Source: Felis catus (lineage: Eukaryota). Taken from it: DNA of 64,000 bases. This document shows, in pieces, positions 13,061-27,047 of the stretch; position 1 is the stretch's first letter; every line of letters begins with the position of its first letter. The notes under the pieces were generated by a model. It saw nothing but the letters and a program-made list of their open reading frames with translations, was not told the origin of the DNA and searched no databases. The stretch spans positions 26,228,001 through 26,292,000 of the forward strand of contig NC_058383.1 in NCBI RefSeq assembly GCF_018350175.1. Direction: 5' to 3'. Made by a program: the position numbers and the translations under genes.

Positions 13061-13364
13061 CTGAAATGCCTCCCCACCTCATGCCATGACCAGCCCTGCA
13101 TCAGGGTTACGAGGACGAGGCACACTCACGTGATCTGAGACCCCAGTGGGGATTATTATAAGGATCCAAAGAAATGAGGCCACAGCCTCTCACTCAAACA
13201 GGAATGAGGTCTGGAATGTCATCCAGGCACACGGTGACTGTAGTGTCCCAACATCAATCATTCTTGGACACCCACCATTCTTGGATCAACTTCTTATTCT
13301 CCCTGCTTCTTCCTACCCTCCCCTGACCTGCCATGGTATCTATTTTCTCAAGGTCTTTGCATAT

Positions 13365-13563
13365 TTTTTTTCTTTAAGTTTATTTATTTATTGAGAGAGA
13401 ACAAGTGGGGAAAGGGCAGAGGGGTGGGGACAGAGGATCTGAAGCAGGTTCCGTGCCAACATCAGAGAGTTTGATGTGGGGCTCAAACTCACAAACCATG
13501 AGATCATGAGATCATGACCTGAGTTGAAGTTGGACACTCAGCTGACTGAGACACCCAGGTGCC
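13365..13563 (-). mobile_element. CAN-SINE
   Basis: SINE body; TSD tctttgcatatt on both sides. Confidence 0.85.
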
Positions 13564-14301
13564 ACAAGTTCTTTGCATATTCTGTGACTTCTGCTTAATT
13601 CTGAATCCCGGTTCATCATGACTTATGCGTCTCATTCAGAATCCCTATGGGAAAAGATAGGTTTGGGGCATTTGGTCACCACCTAGTACTGGGTGGCATT
13701 GTTGCAAAGCTGTGGGGCAGACTCCCTTGTTCCTGGCTGCCCTGGTCCAGTCACTTGAGAGTGAATATTTAGAAACATATGCATCAACTTGACATTGCTG
13801 TGACATCCAAAGAAGTGTAATTGATGAATTTGTCTCTCTGAAGAGGATAGACCAGCATGGGTGTTCTGAGCTGTATGTGACATGAGCTGTGTGATAGTCG
13901 TGTGTACGAGAACCAATAGGAAATTTTTAAAGAAATGGTAATAGATCATTTATCGTATATGGTTTGAGAGGCCCTGAGAAAGCTGCAGGAAAGGACTGTG
14001 ACCCCAACTTCCAGAAGATTCCTCAGCCACACAGCAGAACTGGGCCATCATGGGAGCTGCTGCCTCAGCCTCCACCGGAGAGCTGCCTATGGAATCAAGG
14101 CCCAGCTGTGGGTCGCAGAACCACCCCACCTTTGCCACCAGCCATATTACCAAAGCAGGTGTCTTGGGCGGATTCTGTCCCTGGGCCGGAGAATCCAAGA
14201 ATGTGTCTGGGTTTCCAGTCCCAGATGCAGAAGGGCTGCTGGAGAAGGCTGGAATGGATGGCCAATGAATGCCACCGTGTCCATTCACAAACTCCAGGCT
14301 C

Positions 14302-14728
14302 TTTTTTTTTTTTTTGAACATTTATTCATTTTTTTTTTCAATGTTTATTTATTTTTGGGACAGAGAGAGACAGAGCATGAACGGGGGAGGGGCAGAGAGA
14401 GAGGGAGACACAGAATCAGAAACAGGCTCCAGGCTCTGAGCCATCAGCCCAGAGCCTGACGCAGGACCGCGAGATCGTGACCTGGCTGAAGTCGGACGCT
14501 TAACTGACTGCGCCACCCAGGCGCCCCATTTATTCATTTTTTGAGAGAGAGAGACAGAGCACGACTGGGGCAGGGGCAGAGAGAGAGGGAAACACAGAAT
14601 CCGAAGCAGGCTCCAGGGTCTGAGCTGCCAGCACAGAGCCTGATACAGGGCTTGAACTCATGGGGACTGTGAGATCTTGACCTGAGCCAAAGTCAGACAC
14701 CTAACTGACTGAGCCACCCAGGTGCCCC
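14302..14728 (-). mobile_element. Young SINEC_Fc (~14328-14527, with an internal deletion) nested in the tail of an older CAN-SINE
   Basis: Inner TSD atttattcattttttt; outer TSD acaaactccag(g/a)ctct. Confidence 0.9.
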
Positions 14729-15497
14729 CACAAACTCCAGACTCTCGTGACAACAAGCCTGATGTCCTGCTCCCCACAACTGTCACATGCCCCTCAACCT
14801 CCGTGCATTTGCACATTCCGTTGCCATTACCTGAAATGGACTCCCCGCATTCCTGCTACCCAAAATCTTATTCATTCATTCAACCCTTGCTGGGGACACC
14901 AAGTTGAATATGGCCAAGTCCCTGCTTCCAAGAACCTCATCACCTGGTTAGGGAGATAGAAATGTAAATTAACCTGCCTTTCCAGAATGCTCCCTTTCTG
15001 TGCTGTAAAACACTTTACACTGTGAAAGGGAGTCAAGGACCAGGTTTAAGCACTCAGCTCTGGGGTCAGATTTGCCAGCTGTGTGACTTAGGAGAAGTTG
15101 CTTACCCTCTCTTAGCCTCACTTTCCCCATGTGTGGAATGGCCTTAATAACAGAGCCTGCCTCACTGGGCTCGTTCTGACTATTTCAGGAGATGTTGCAT
15201 GGGCAGGACTGCGTCCAGGAGGCACATGACATCTATCAAACGCAACGTCCTTTCCCATCCTTCAAAGCCTGATCATATGTCTCATCCCAGTCCTCATGAG
15301 CCTTCCCCAAGCCTCCTGTGAGAAATGAGTCACCTCAACCCTCTCTCTTCCTCTTACTAGCATTTTCCTCCATGGGACACACCTCTGGGATATCAGAAAT
15401 GCTGGGAGGACTGTGTGTATATATTTGCTGACCTTTTAAAAAAATTAAAAAAAAAAAAACAGGAGTGGCCTTAGTCAAATATTAAACAATAAAGCCT

Positions 15498-15787
15498 ATT
15501 TTTAAATTTAATTTAATTAAAAATTTTTTTAAGGTTTATTTATTTTTGAGAGAGAGAGACAGAGTGCAAGCGGGGGAGGGGCAGAGAGAGAGGGAGACAC
15601 AGAATCCGAAGCAGGCTCCAGGCTCCGAGCCGTCAGCACAGAGCCCCACACAGGGCTCAAACTCAGGAACAGTGAGATCATGAGCTGAGCCTAAGTTGGA
15701 CACCTAACTGACTGAGCCACCCAGGCGTGCCCCCTTTTGTTTTTTTTTTAATTTTTAAATATTTATTTTTGAGAGAGAGACAAAGAA
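15498..15787 (-). mobile_element. CAN-SINE plus an adjacent tail-only SINE fragment
   Basis: Full body 15498-15733, then a second tttatttttgagagagagac stub. Confidence 0.85.
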
Positions 15788-16141
15788 GACTGTTTTTAAT
15801 GAAATAAGAATCAAAAGTCAGTGAAAAAGTGGCAGTTTTCTGAACCCTCCCATGCAGTGCGTCTGGCGTTTCAGTCCCTGAGCTTGGAGCCCCGGGATGT
15901 TTTCCTTCACCTTCCCCTCTGCCTGGCACAAGGTGAGAACTCATGGAGGTGTGTAATAAATTAATAATAAATGAATTTGTGTTTGTTCTAACACATACAG
16001 CAGATTTTCCAAGGGCGAAGTTCTGAGGCTTGTACCTTGTACTCTTTGGAGGAAATGAGCTATGGAAACCGATTATCGGCTGGAAAAACAGTAAGAGCGA
16101 AGCATCATTTACTCCGTGTAGTGGGGTGAATCGTGGCGCAC

Positions 16142-16564
16142 TGTGAGATCATCGAAAACAGGTATATATTGGTCTCTGAGCCTCGTTCTTGGCACAGAGC
16201 TCCTTAAAACCTCGTAATTTCCTAGGTGATAAGAGCGCTAAGAGTATCTTTTGCTCTAATGAGATGACTGGGGTGGGGGCTCCTGGATGGCTCCAGGATT
16301 GGGGGCGGTCACCAGAGAGACCAAGCCATGATTAGAAGCTTGGAATTTTCAGCACCCCTGCCACTTCTTTTCTTTCTTAATTTTTTTTATGTTTGTTTAT
16401 TTTTGAGAGAGAGAGACGAGGTATGGGTGGGGAGGGGCAGAGAGAGGGGGAGACACAGACTCTGAAGCAGGCTCCAGGCAACACAGAGCCTGATGCGGGG
16501 CTCGAACTCACAAACTGTGCGGTCATGACCTGAGCTGAAGTCGGCCGCTTAACCGACTGAGCCA
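16142..16564. mobile_element. MER21-type LTR fragment (16142-16365) followed by a CAN-SINE (-)
   Basis: tatatattggtctctgagcctcgttcttggcacagagctccttaaaacc...gaccaagccatgattagaagcttggaa, then a SINE body. Confidence 0.75.
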
Positions 16565-16779
16565 CACAAACGTCACTCTGTTAATATTCCTCCCATTTCA
16601 TAGATTAGAGGGGAGATTGAAGCAAAGTGAGATAAAGAGGTTTATACCAAAATGGTGGCCACTTTGCTGTCTCTGCATGCCTGAGCCTCCCCCTTCTTCC
16701 CGAAAAGTGCTGGGACTTTCCTTGAGGGGTACCCCTCCTACAGTCCCCGGGGGTTAGAGAGGGCTTACCCCACCTCCAA

Positions 16780-17162
16780 CTGTAGTAGTCAGTGGGGGCC
16801 ACATGTACCATAGACTGGATGGTTCAACCAACAGAAATGTATTTTCCTATAGTTCTGGAGGCTAGAGAGTCCAAGATCAAGGCACTCAGGGTTCGGTTTC
16901 TGGTGCAAGCTCTTCTCCTGGCCTGGCCTACAGATGGTCACCGTCTTGCTGTGTCCTCACAAGGCCTTTCTTTGGTGTGCATGTGCATGGAGAGAGACCC
17001 CTATGTTTTCTTATCATGACACCAGCCCTATTGGATTAGGGCTCACCCTTATAACCTCATTTCATCTTAATTACCACTGAAAAGCCATTTCCAAATACAC
17101 TCACATTAGGGGTTAGGGCTTCAGTATATGAATTTTGAGGGGACACAATTTAGTCTATAGAA
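16780..17162 (-). mobile_element. MLT1 (MaLR) LTR
   Basis: aacagaaatgtattttcctatagttctggaggctagagagtccaagatcaagg...gaattttgaggggacacaatttagtc. Confidence 0.8.
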
Positions 17163-17235
17163 CCAGCCCAGACCAGGTTTATCGGTGCATTCTCTAACTT
17201 AGTCACTTTTATTTATTTTTTTAAAATTGGTTTTG

Positions 17236-17877
17236 GGGAGGTGTCTGGGTGGCTCAGTCGGTTAAGCATCCGAATCTTGATTTTAGCTCAGGTCATGATC
17301 CCACGGTTTGGGAGTTCGAGCCCTGCATCTGGCTTTGAGCTGATGGTGTGGAGTCTGCTTGGGATTCTTTGTCTCCCTCTCTCTCTGCCCCTCCCCTGTT
17401 CACTCTCTCTCTCTCAAAATAAATAAATAAACATTTAAAAATAAATAGGCACCTGGGTGGCTCATTTGGTTAAGCATCAGACTTCAGCTCAGGTCATGAT
17501 CTCACGGTTCCTGAGTTTGAGGCCCATATCCGGCTCTCTGCTGTCAGTGTGGAATTAGCTTTGAAAACTCTGTCCCCCTCTCTCTGCCTCTCCTCTGCAT
17601 GTGTGCGTTTGTGCTCTCTCCATAAGCATTAAAAATTCTTTTTAAATAAGAATAAAAATAAGTAAATTTTTAAATGTTTTTTAAATTTATTTTTGAGAGA
17701 GAGAGAGAGCACACGAGTTGGGGAGGGGCATAGAGAGAGAAGGAGACATGGAATCCAAAGTAGGCTCCAGGCTCCCAGCTGTCAGCACAGAGCCCAATGC
17801 GGGGGCCCGAACTGAACCGCGAGATCATGACCTGATCCGAAGCCAGACACTTAATTGACTGAGCCACCCAGGCGTCC

Positions 17878-17920
<43 letters not shown>

Positions 17921-18007
17921 TAAATTCAACCCTCAATGTGGAGCTTGAACTCGGGATTCTAAGATCAAGAATTGCATGGTCTACCAACTGAGCCAGCCAG
18001 GCACTCC
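17236..18007. mobile_element. Cluster of four CAN-SINEs: + 17236-17447, + 17448-17665, - 17667-17878, - 17879-18007 (with a TA tract)
   Basis: Four SINE heads and tails read directly. Confidence 0.85.
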
Positions 18008-18287
18008 TAACATGGTCACTTTTAGCATATATCTCAAGTCTATCTCGAGGCATGGCCTTTGCTACAATTTCCAGGCAAGCACAGTTCTCTCTTCCTCTAC
18101 GACGAATTTAATGTGAAGATAATGTGAGGGGAGAGCCACTGCAGGAGATGGAGGAAGCCTGGCAGAGAGTGCCCCAGCTTAGAAAAAAGCAGAGTCAAGA
18201 ATAGGATGGAGAGTGTCTGGATCGAACTGTACTGAAGCAGGATCTCCTGGGTATCTCACTTAACATGACACAATAAGTTATTTTTTA

Positions 18288-18981
18288 AATTTTATTTTTT
18301 TACTTTACATCCAAGTTAGTTAGCATATAGTGCAACAACGATTTCAGTAGATTCCTTAGTGCCCCTTACCCATTTAGCCCATCCCCCCTCCTACAACCCC
18401 TCCCGTAACCCTCAGTTTGTTCTCCATATTTAAGAGTCTCTTCTGTTTTGTCCCCCTCCCTGTTTTTATATTACTTTTGTTTCCCTTCCCTTATGTTCAT
18501 CTGTTTTGTCTCTTAAAGTCCTCATATGACTAAAATCATATATTTGTCTTTGGCTGACTAATTTCGTTTAGCATAATGCCCTCCAGTTCCATCCACGTAG
18601 TTGCAAATGGCAAGATTTCATTCTTTTTTTTTTTTTAATTTTTTTTTCAACGTTTATTTATTTTTGGGACAGAGAGACACAGAGCATGAACGGGGGAGGG
18701 GCAGAGAGAGAGGGAGACACAGAATCGGAAACAGGCTCCAGGCTCTGAGCCATCAGCCCAGAGCCCGACGCGGGGCTCGAACTCACAGACCGCGAGATCC
18801 TGACCTGGCTGAAGTCGGACGCTTAACCGACTGCGCCACCCAGGCACCCCGATTTCATTCTTTTTTGATTGCTGAGTAATACTCCATTGTATATATATAC
18901 CACAGCTTTATCTATTCATCCATCGATGGACATTTGGTCTCTTTCCATGCTTTGGCTATTGTGGATAGTGCTGCTATAAAC
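18288..18981 (-). mobile_element. 5'-truncated carnivore/felid L1 3' end containing a young SINE
   Basis: L1 3' UTR (ccctccagttccatccacgtagttgcaaatggcaagatttcattc; gatggacatttgg). 20-bp TSD acacaa(t/g)aagttatttttta (18268-18287 / 18982-19001). Confidence 0.9.
18623..18850 (-). mobile_element. Young felid SINEC_Fc inserted in the L1
   Basis: Diagnostic young-subfamily bases; TSD gatttcattctttttt on both sides. Confidence 0.95.
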
Positions 18982-19989
18982 ACACAAGAAGTTATTTTTT
19001 AGCTATGTTTCTGTCACTCGCAGCCCAAAGAACCCAGACTACTAGACGAGGGTCCAGTGGCTAAGAGTAGTAGAGATGGGATCTGAAAGCAGGTCTCCTC
19101 AGCTCTAAGAGGCTCAATCCAGGATTTCCTGAGAAGCATCTTGGTGCTTAACTCAGGAGCCATCCTCTTTGTGCTGAGTCCCAGATGGCAGCTGAGTTCT
19201 GACATTTTTAAAGCATTCCACCTTTGCTCTCTTTAAATGGTGTTGGGAGCAGGGAAGGTGCAACTAACATAAGTAAATAATGATTTAAATAAATCCAGGT
19301 TAGCTAAAGAAATCCCGATTATTTCAGGGAGTGCTCCCCGTTATGAAACAAAACAAAGCTTCTCAGGGACCGAGGCCCCAGCATATGTCCCGACAACACA
19401 GACAACTCCCAGTAAGTAGGTGGAGAAGGGGCTTCTTGGTCAACCTCCTGGAGTCTTGCCCCCTGGCTTCTCTGGAGCTGGATGCTGGTGTTCAAGGCAC
19501 AGCTCTGCTAAAGCTGTGTGACCCTGGGCAAGGGGCTGAACCTGCCTGTGTCTCAATTTCCTCCTCTGAACAATGGGGAAAATTATAGCGGACGTTTCAT
19601 AGCATTGACAGGAGGCGGGAGCGTGTGTAAAAGGATTAGCCCAATACCGGCCCACAGTAAGTCTTCTGTAAAAGCTGCTATTGTGATTCCCAAGGCTGGC
19701 TCCTCCTCGTTCAGATCTCAGACCAAATGTCAGCCGACCGCGAGAGCTTCCATCTTCTAGAGGGCAAACCCCCCGCCCCCGCCCTTCTCACTCCATCGCG
19801 CAGTGTTATTTCCTTCAGAGCATTTTCTGCTATGGAATCCTTTCTCTTTTGGTTTCCTTTTTTAAGAAAGGCTGTAGGCTTTACGGAGGGCAGGGACCTT
19901 GTCGATTGCTATTGCCCCAGCTCCTGGCCTACTGCCTGGCACGTAGTAGGTACTCAGTAAAAATTGGTTGAATAAGGGATTGCAGCACA

Positions 19990-22405
<2,416 letters not shown>

Positions 22406-23597
22406 ACCTTGACAGCGCCTCCACCTGGCCAAAAGCTCCTAAAGCCTCCCCCCACCACCCCCCATGGGGGTGGGGATGGCAACGAAGCCAGTTTATCGCA
22501 AGGAAATGAGCTGCCACAGGTGTTGGAAAATTCAGAAGGTGACATTTGGTGACTTATTATGTCACCCCTGGCTCCAAAGCCAGTATAGTTATGGCATCTT
22601 TTTCACACCCACCAGCGTGTCCGGAGCAAGCTACAGAAAGACATCCAACCCCAGCAGCTAAGAGTTGGTCCAAATGTTGATTTGTGTGAAATGATTCTGT
22701 AGAAGGATCCAGCTTTTAGGGAAGTCCAGTAAAGGAAGCAAGAAATAGCTGTAGAGAAAGTTTCCGCTGTCGTTTTTTGAGACACAGATCTCTGGCCCCC
22801 AGATTTAAAGAAGCTAATTTTTTTTGATATAACTACTTGCTAGGTCCTGGATTCCTGATGGTCTTCCTAAAAATCGGAATCTTTACAACTGGAATTGAAG
22901 TTCTATTCTAGGGGCTAATGTTCTGAGGAACACAGGTTCCACCGCTTAAATTAATATTCATGTATTTTTTAAATGGTGCAATCACGGGTGTCTGACAGGA
23001 TTGCAAAGAATGAAGTCACATATGTTGAGAGAGAGGTTAGGGTTGGTTAGAGAAACTCCCAGAGCAAACAGCACTGTATTTTGATCAGACCTTTCATTTT
23101 GTGCTAATGGCCAGTGCCAAGTTGTTGCATCTGAAAGGGAGACCAGTTCCATTTGTCATTAAGAAATCTTAATGCAGTCTTAAAAAGCAGGCTTGCTTAA
23201 CATCCCTGCAGGCATACAATGGGGTGAGTACCAGTCAACACCCATTCATGGAGAGCCTACCGCAAGCCAGGCACAGTGCAGAGTAGCAAAGGATCCATGT
23301 TTAGCACGATGCTGGTGAGGACGTAGAAACGTGTTGGGTTTTGAGGAAGATATAATTCGATCTTCGCATATGAAGATGACTCACCATAGCTTGCTGCTGG
23401 CTAGAGACAGAAACATGTTGGTTGGTTGGTTTGTTTGTTTGTTTTCAGCCTTTTTAACACACTTCTCTGCCCGGTGATTTCTTTCCGAGTGTCATGAGAT
23501 GATGAAGAGGCAATGCGGGCTGTAGTGCCTAGGATGTGGTCAGCTCTCTCAGTCAGTGCTCGGCGATGGTTAGCGTTAGAAAGTTCCTCTCCCATTG

Positions 23598-23630
23598 CCC
23601 CCTCCCCCCCCCCCCCCCCCCCCCCCCCCC
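23598..23630 (+). repeat. Poly-C tract
   Basis: ccccctcc...c, about 32 C with one interruption. Confidence 0.95.
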
Positions 23631-25413
23631 GCAGCCTTTAAGTAAGTGGTCCTAAGGCCAACTTGAGGAGTAGTCGATTCAGCCCAGGTCTTGCAGGGCC
23701 TTTCGTAAAGAATTCAGTATCCTGGGTTCTGGGCTCCCTGACTGATCAGCCGAGGAGAGTAAGTGAGGGGGAGGTGAGGGGAGTCCTTGTCAGGAGTCTG
23801 CTGTTGTTTCTCTTTGGACATAAATGTCCCCAACTCGGCTGAGGTGTCAGTAAGTCACCATCCGCCCGCTTGCCGAATAGAAAATGTAACCAGTCCCACC
23901 CAGTGCTAGACTTGGGGACTTTTATTTATTATTATTTTTTTTGACAAAGACATGTACTTCCTTAGATTCTTAAAGGTAAAACTTGGAAGACAGAAGGAGC
24001 CATCTAAATGGGGCCATTGTTCAACTTCTGAGTTGTTTTGAGGGAATTCTTTAAACTTGCTTGAGGGGACCTACTTGGCCACTGCAGGAAGTCATTGTGA
24101 ATAAATGGTTGGCTGGGTATCCTCGTGGGAGCTGAGGAGACGACTTCTGTCCTTTGTCACTTTGGCCTATAAGAGAAATAGTTGCAAATGTTGCGCCTTC
24201 TCTTTGAGGTTGTTCCGGGGACAGTTCCTCTTGATGACACAAAGGTCATTCCCAGCTTTGGAGGTCAGTGTTAGGTCATAAGGTACTGCATTTAGTAAAG
24301 GGATCCGTCTACCAACTTCCTGCGAAGATATAAACTGCACAGTGTTTCTTAAACTTACTTTTTAAAATAGATGCCAAGAGTACGTAGATCTTTATAAATA
24401 TATATATATATATATTTATAATGTTTCCATATAAGCCCCAATTCCCCCCGTAGTCATTAAGTCTACTGAAGTGGGGAACAGCAAGGCTATTGGAGGGATT
24501 ATAAAGCTTTAAAAACTGAATTTTTCAGATGTTTCTAGCTGAATCAATAGGTTCCTTTTTTTATTTTTATTTTTTAAATCATACTAGTCTTCTGAAGTGT
24601 AAATCTGGTAACATTCTGTTCTTGTAGTGTTTGTGTTATTTTTTTTCTTCAGGTTAATTACCCAAAGCCTCATCCATCCTCAAGATTTTTAAATTTTATT
24701 CTTATTTTTTCATTAATGGGGCATTGTGTTTGTGAATTTTTAAAATATTAATGTTTTATTTAAGTGCCATGCTGAGCAGTTGTTCTCTGCACATGGTAAC
24801 CAAAAGTTAGAGATGTCGATCAATTTTGATCAATGTTTAGTGATCCCAAACATGTACTGTGTACAAATGAAATAATATGGCATATTAGCCAGGTGTGATG
24901 GTTGCCTGAGGCACTTAAATTAAGCTCAATTCTGTATTTTATCAGGGCTCTGTCATGTCCTTGATCTGAAATGTACATACACATTTTTGGTGTATACTTG
25001 GTACTAGAGATTCATTTATGCAAATATTCTTATTCGAGAAGCCTCACAATTGCTCATGTTAAAGAAAAAAGATGAATTGTCCAGCCAGTGCCCAAAGAAA
25101 AAGTTTTAGGGAAGATGACTCAGCTGTTTTGCCCAAAGACACCCTTCAGTAACTCCCACTGACCAGTCTTGGGAGCCGTCCCGGAAGGCTCGTGCGCTGA
25201 GAGAAGGAGATGTTTTTTGCAAAAAGGAAATGGAAGCTGAAAGAAGGGAGAATGGAAGCATGGAGGGGAGGGAGAAATCTGAAGAATTCAGGAAGGAGGC
25301 CTTAAGAGAGAAGTGAAGGAAGAGACGGGAGAAGGGCAGACGGTGTGGAAATCACATGGGGGTGCAAGAGGTTTGGGTAGGAAACACATTTTTAGGTATG
25401 TGCTATTTCAAAC

Positions 25414-25684
25414 CAGGGGTCGCAAACTCAGCAGCCTGCAGAAGTAAGGCAGGGAGATGACTATGGGAAGGGGTGGGTGGGTGGTGGGGACTGTGCGCAT
25501 CTTAAGTGGGGCAGCCAACGTTCAGCTCTGCTGGGAAAAGGGTAGAGAGAGGCCGGAAATCAGGATTTTTTTTCAAGTGGAACTTTCTCATTTTTAAACA
25601 AAATAATTTTAAAATGTTCCAAACACCATGTGGGCCGAACAGAACATTTGCTGGAGCCTGGGGGCCACCAGTTTGCGGCCCCTG
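25414..25684. mobile_element. hAT-Charlie MITE (MER102-like) inside the putative 3' UTR
   Basis: Terminal inverted repeats caggggtcgcaaact (25414-25428) / agtttgcggcccctg (25670-25684), 14/15 match. Confidence 0.8.
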
Positions 25685-27041
25685 CCTTACACAGTATGTA
25701 TAAGGTTATATTTATTGTTATGGAGATAATGTTGTTATACATTGTTGGGGTTGTGATACTTCAAGTTCTTTTTATCTCTCAGAGCTAAGCTTTATTGTAG
25801 AAACAAACCAAAAAAAAAAAAAATTAACATGGCCACAGATAACACTTAACTCATAATTCCCAGGAGGACCCTCGATCCTGGAGTTGTTCATTCCCAGTCA
25901 CATCCTCCAATCAAACCGCTGGGGGCCAGTTCTTGGCATTTCCTTCCTGGTGAGTTGGGGCTAAACTCCTTGGCTCAGTTGGAGTTTGCAGATGAGTAAT
26001 CAGGAAGGATTGCAGAAGAACTTGTTTCCTTTTTATTTGTATTTTGTTCTTATTTTTAAGTGAGTTTTTAGTGGGATCCCACACTGTGCCTTAGCAAGGA
26101 TGGTTGGTGGCCGTGGACAACAGAAATCCAGTGCTGGGTTTTCAAGCTCCTACTGCCAAAGAATACCGTTCTGATCAGATGTTTCTATCCCTTTCTGACT
26201 TGGGATGGGATGTCCCACCAAAACGGACATCCTAGGATTTGGAAGGAATTAACCTAACATGCTTCCAAAGTATCTCTTTTAACCTCATGGAGTAAGTCAC
26301 TCTTTCTGTAAAATGTGGCTTTTGATCTTGGTGAAGACTTAACTTATCTCTACCTACAGGGAGGAAGGCCATGACTTCCTTCCCCAGTAGTGGGGAAGAT
26401 GAACCTCATTAACATTTCCAGTGACCCTAGAGAGGGGGGAAAAATGTTCAGTGTTATCATCTTGGTGTTCGTTAATTTTTTTTTTTTAATCGTACATCTG
26501 TTACTTAGACACTACTGTTTGTTTCCATTTATACCTACATAGCACATGATTTGGTGGAAATTTAGCAAGTATAAGTTGGGAGAGGGTGAAGATAATATGC
26601 AATCATCTATACAGAGAGAATAGACTGAAAAAATTATATATAATCTGGTTTTTGAAGTATCAAAGATATTCAGGAATATTTTTAGCACCTTTTGCTTTAA
26701 AAAAAAATGTGCCTTGATTCAGTGACTTGACTTTAAAACATTCCTCTTATTTTATTGTTATTTTAAATGTGTATTCTGACCCCCAGCTATATATTATGAT
26801 GTAGCCCATTGGCTGCAGTCATGGTGTATGGTTTGTTCCAGTAACAGAGACCAAAGAGTTAATCAAATATGATTCCGCTGCTACAGTTGTGTGATTCAAA
26901 GGAGTTTTCAATCACACCAAATTTCCATGGCCCAGGCAGTTGAGGCCAGCCATTTGTCTTCTATTTCAGGTTGGAGTAAATTTGCACTTTTAATCTTTTG
27001 GGTCATCTGGGGGGCCTTGTTCTTTTATACTTGGCTTTGTT

Positions 27042-27047
27042 AATAAA
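27042..27047 (+). terminator. Candidate polyadenylation signal AATAAA
   Basis: ttggctttgttAATAAAggaacttgtagaaaacc, with a U-rich upstream region and GU-containing downstream sequence (gagtgtctgatttg). Confidence 0.55.

Noticed and set aside
13950..14459. Overlapping ORFs of 117-153 aa
   Set aside because: They lie in an old LTR-like fragment and run into SINE sequence.
17236..17330. tRNA-like A/B-box sequences (tggctcagtcggttaag...gttcgagccc)
   Set aside because: tRNA-derived SINE heads followed by (CT)n and A-tails, not tRNA genes.
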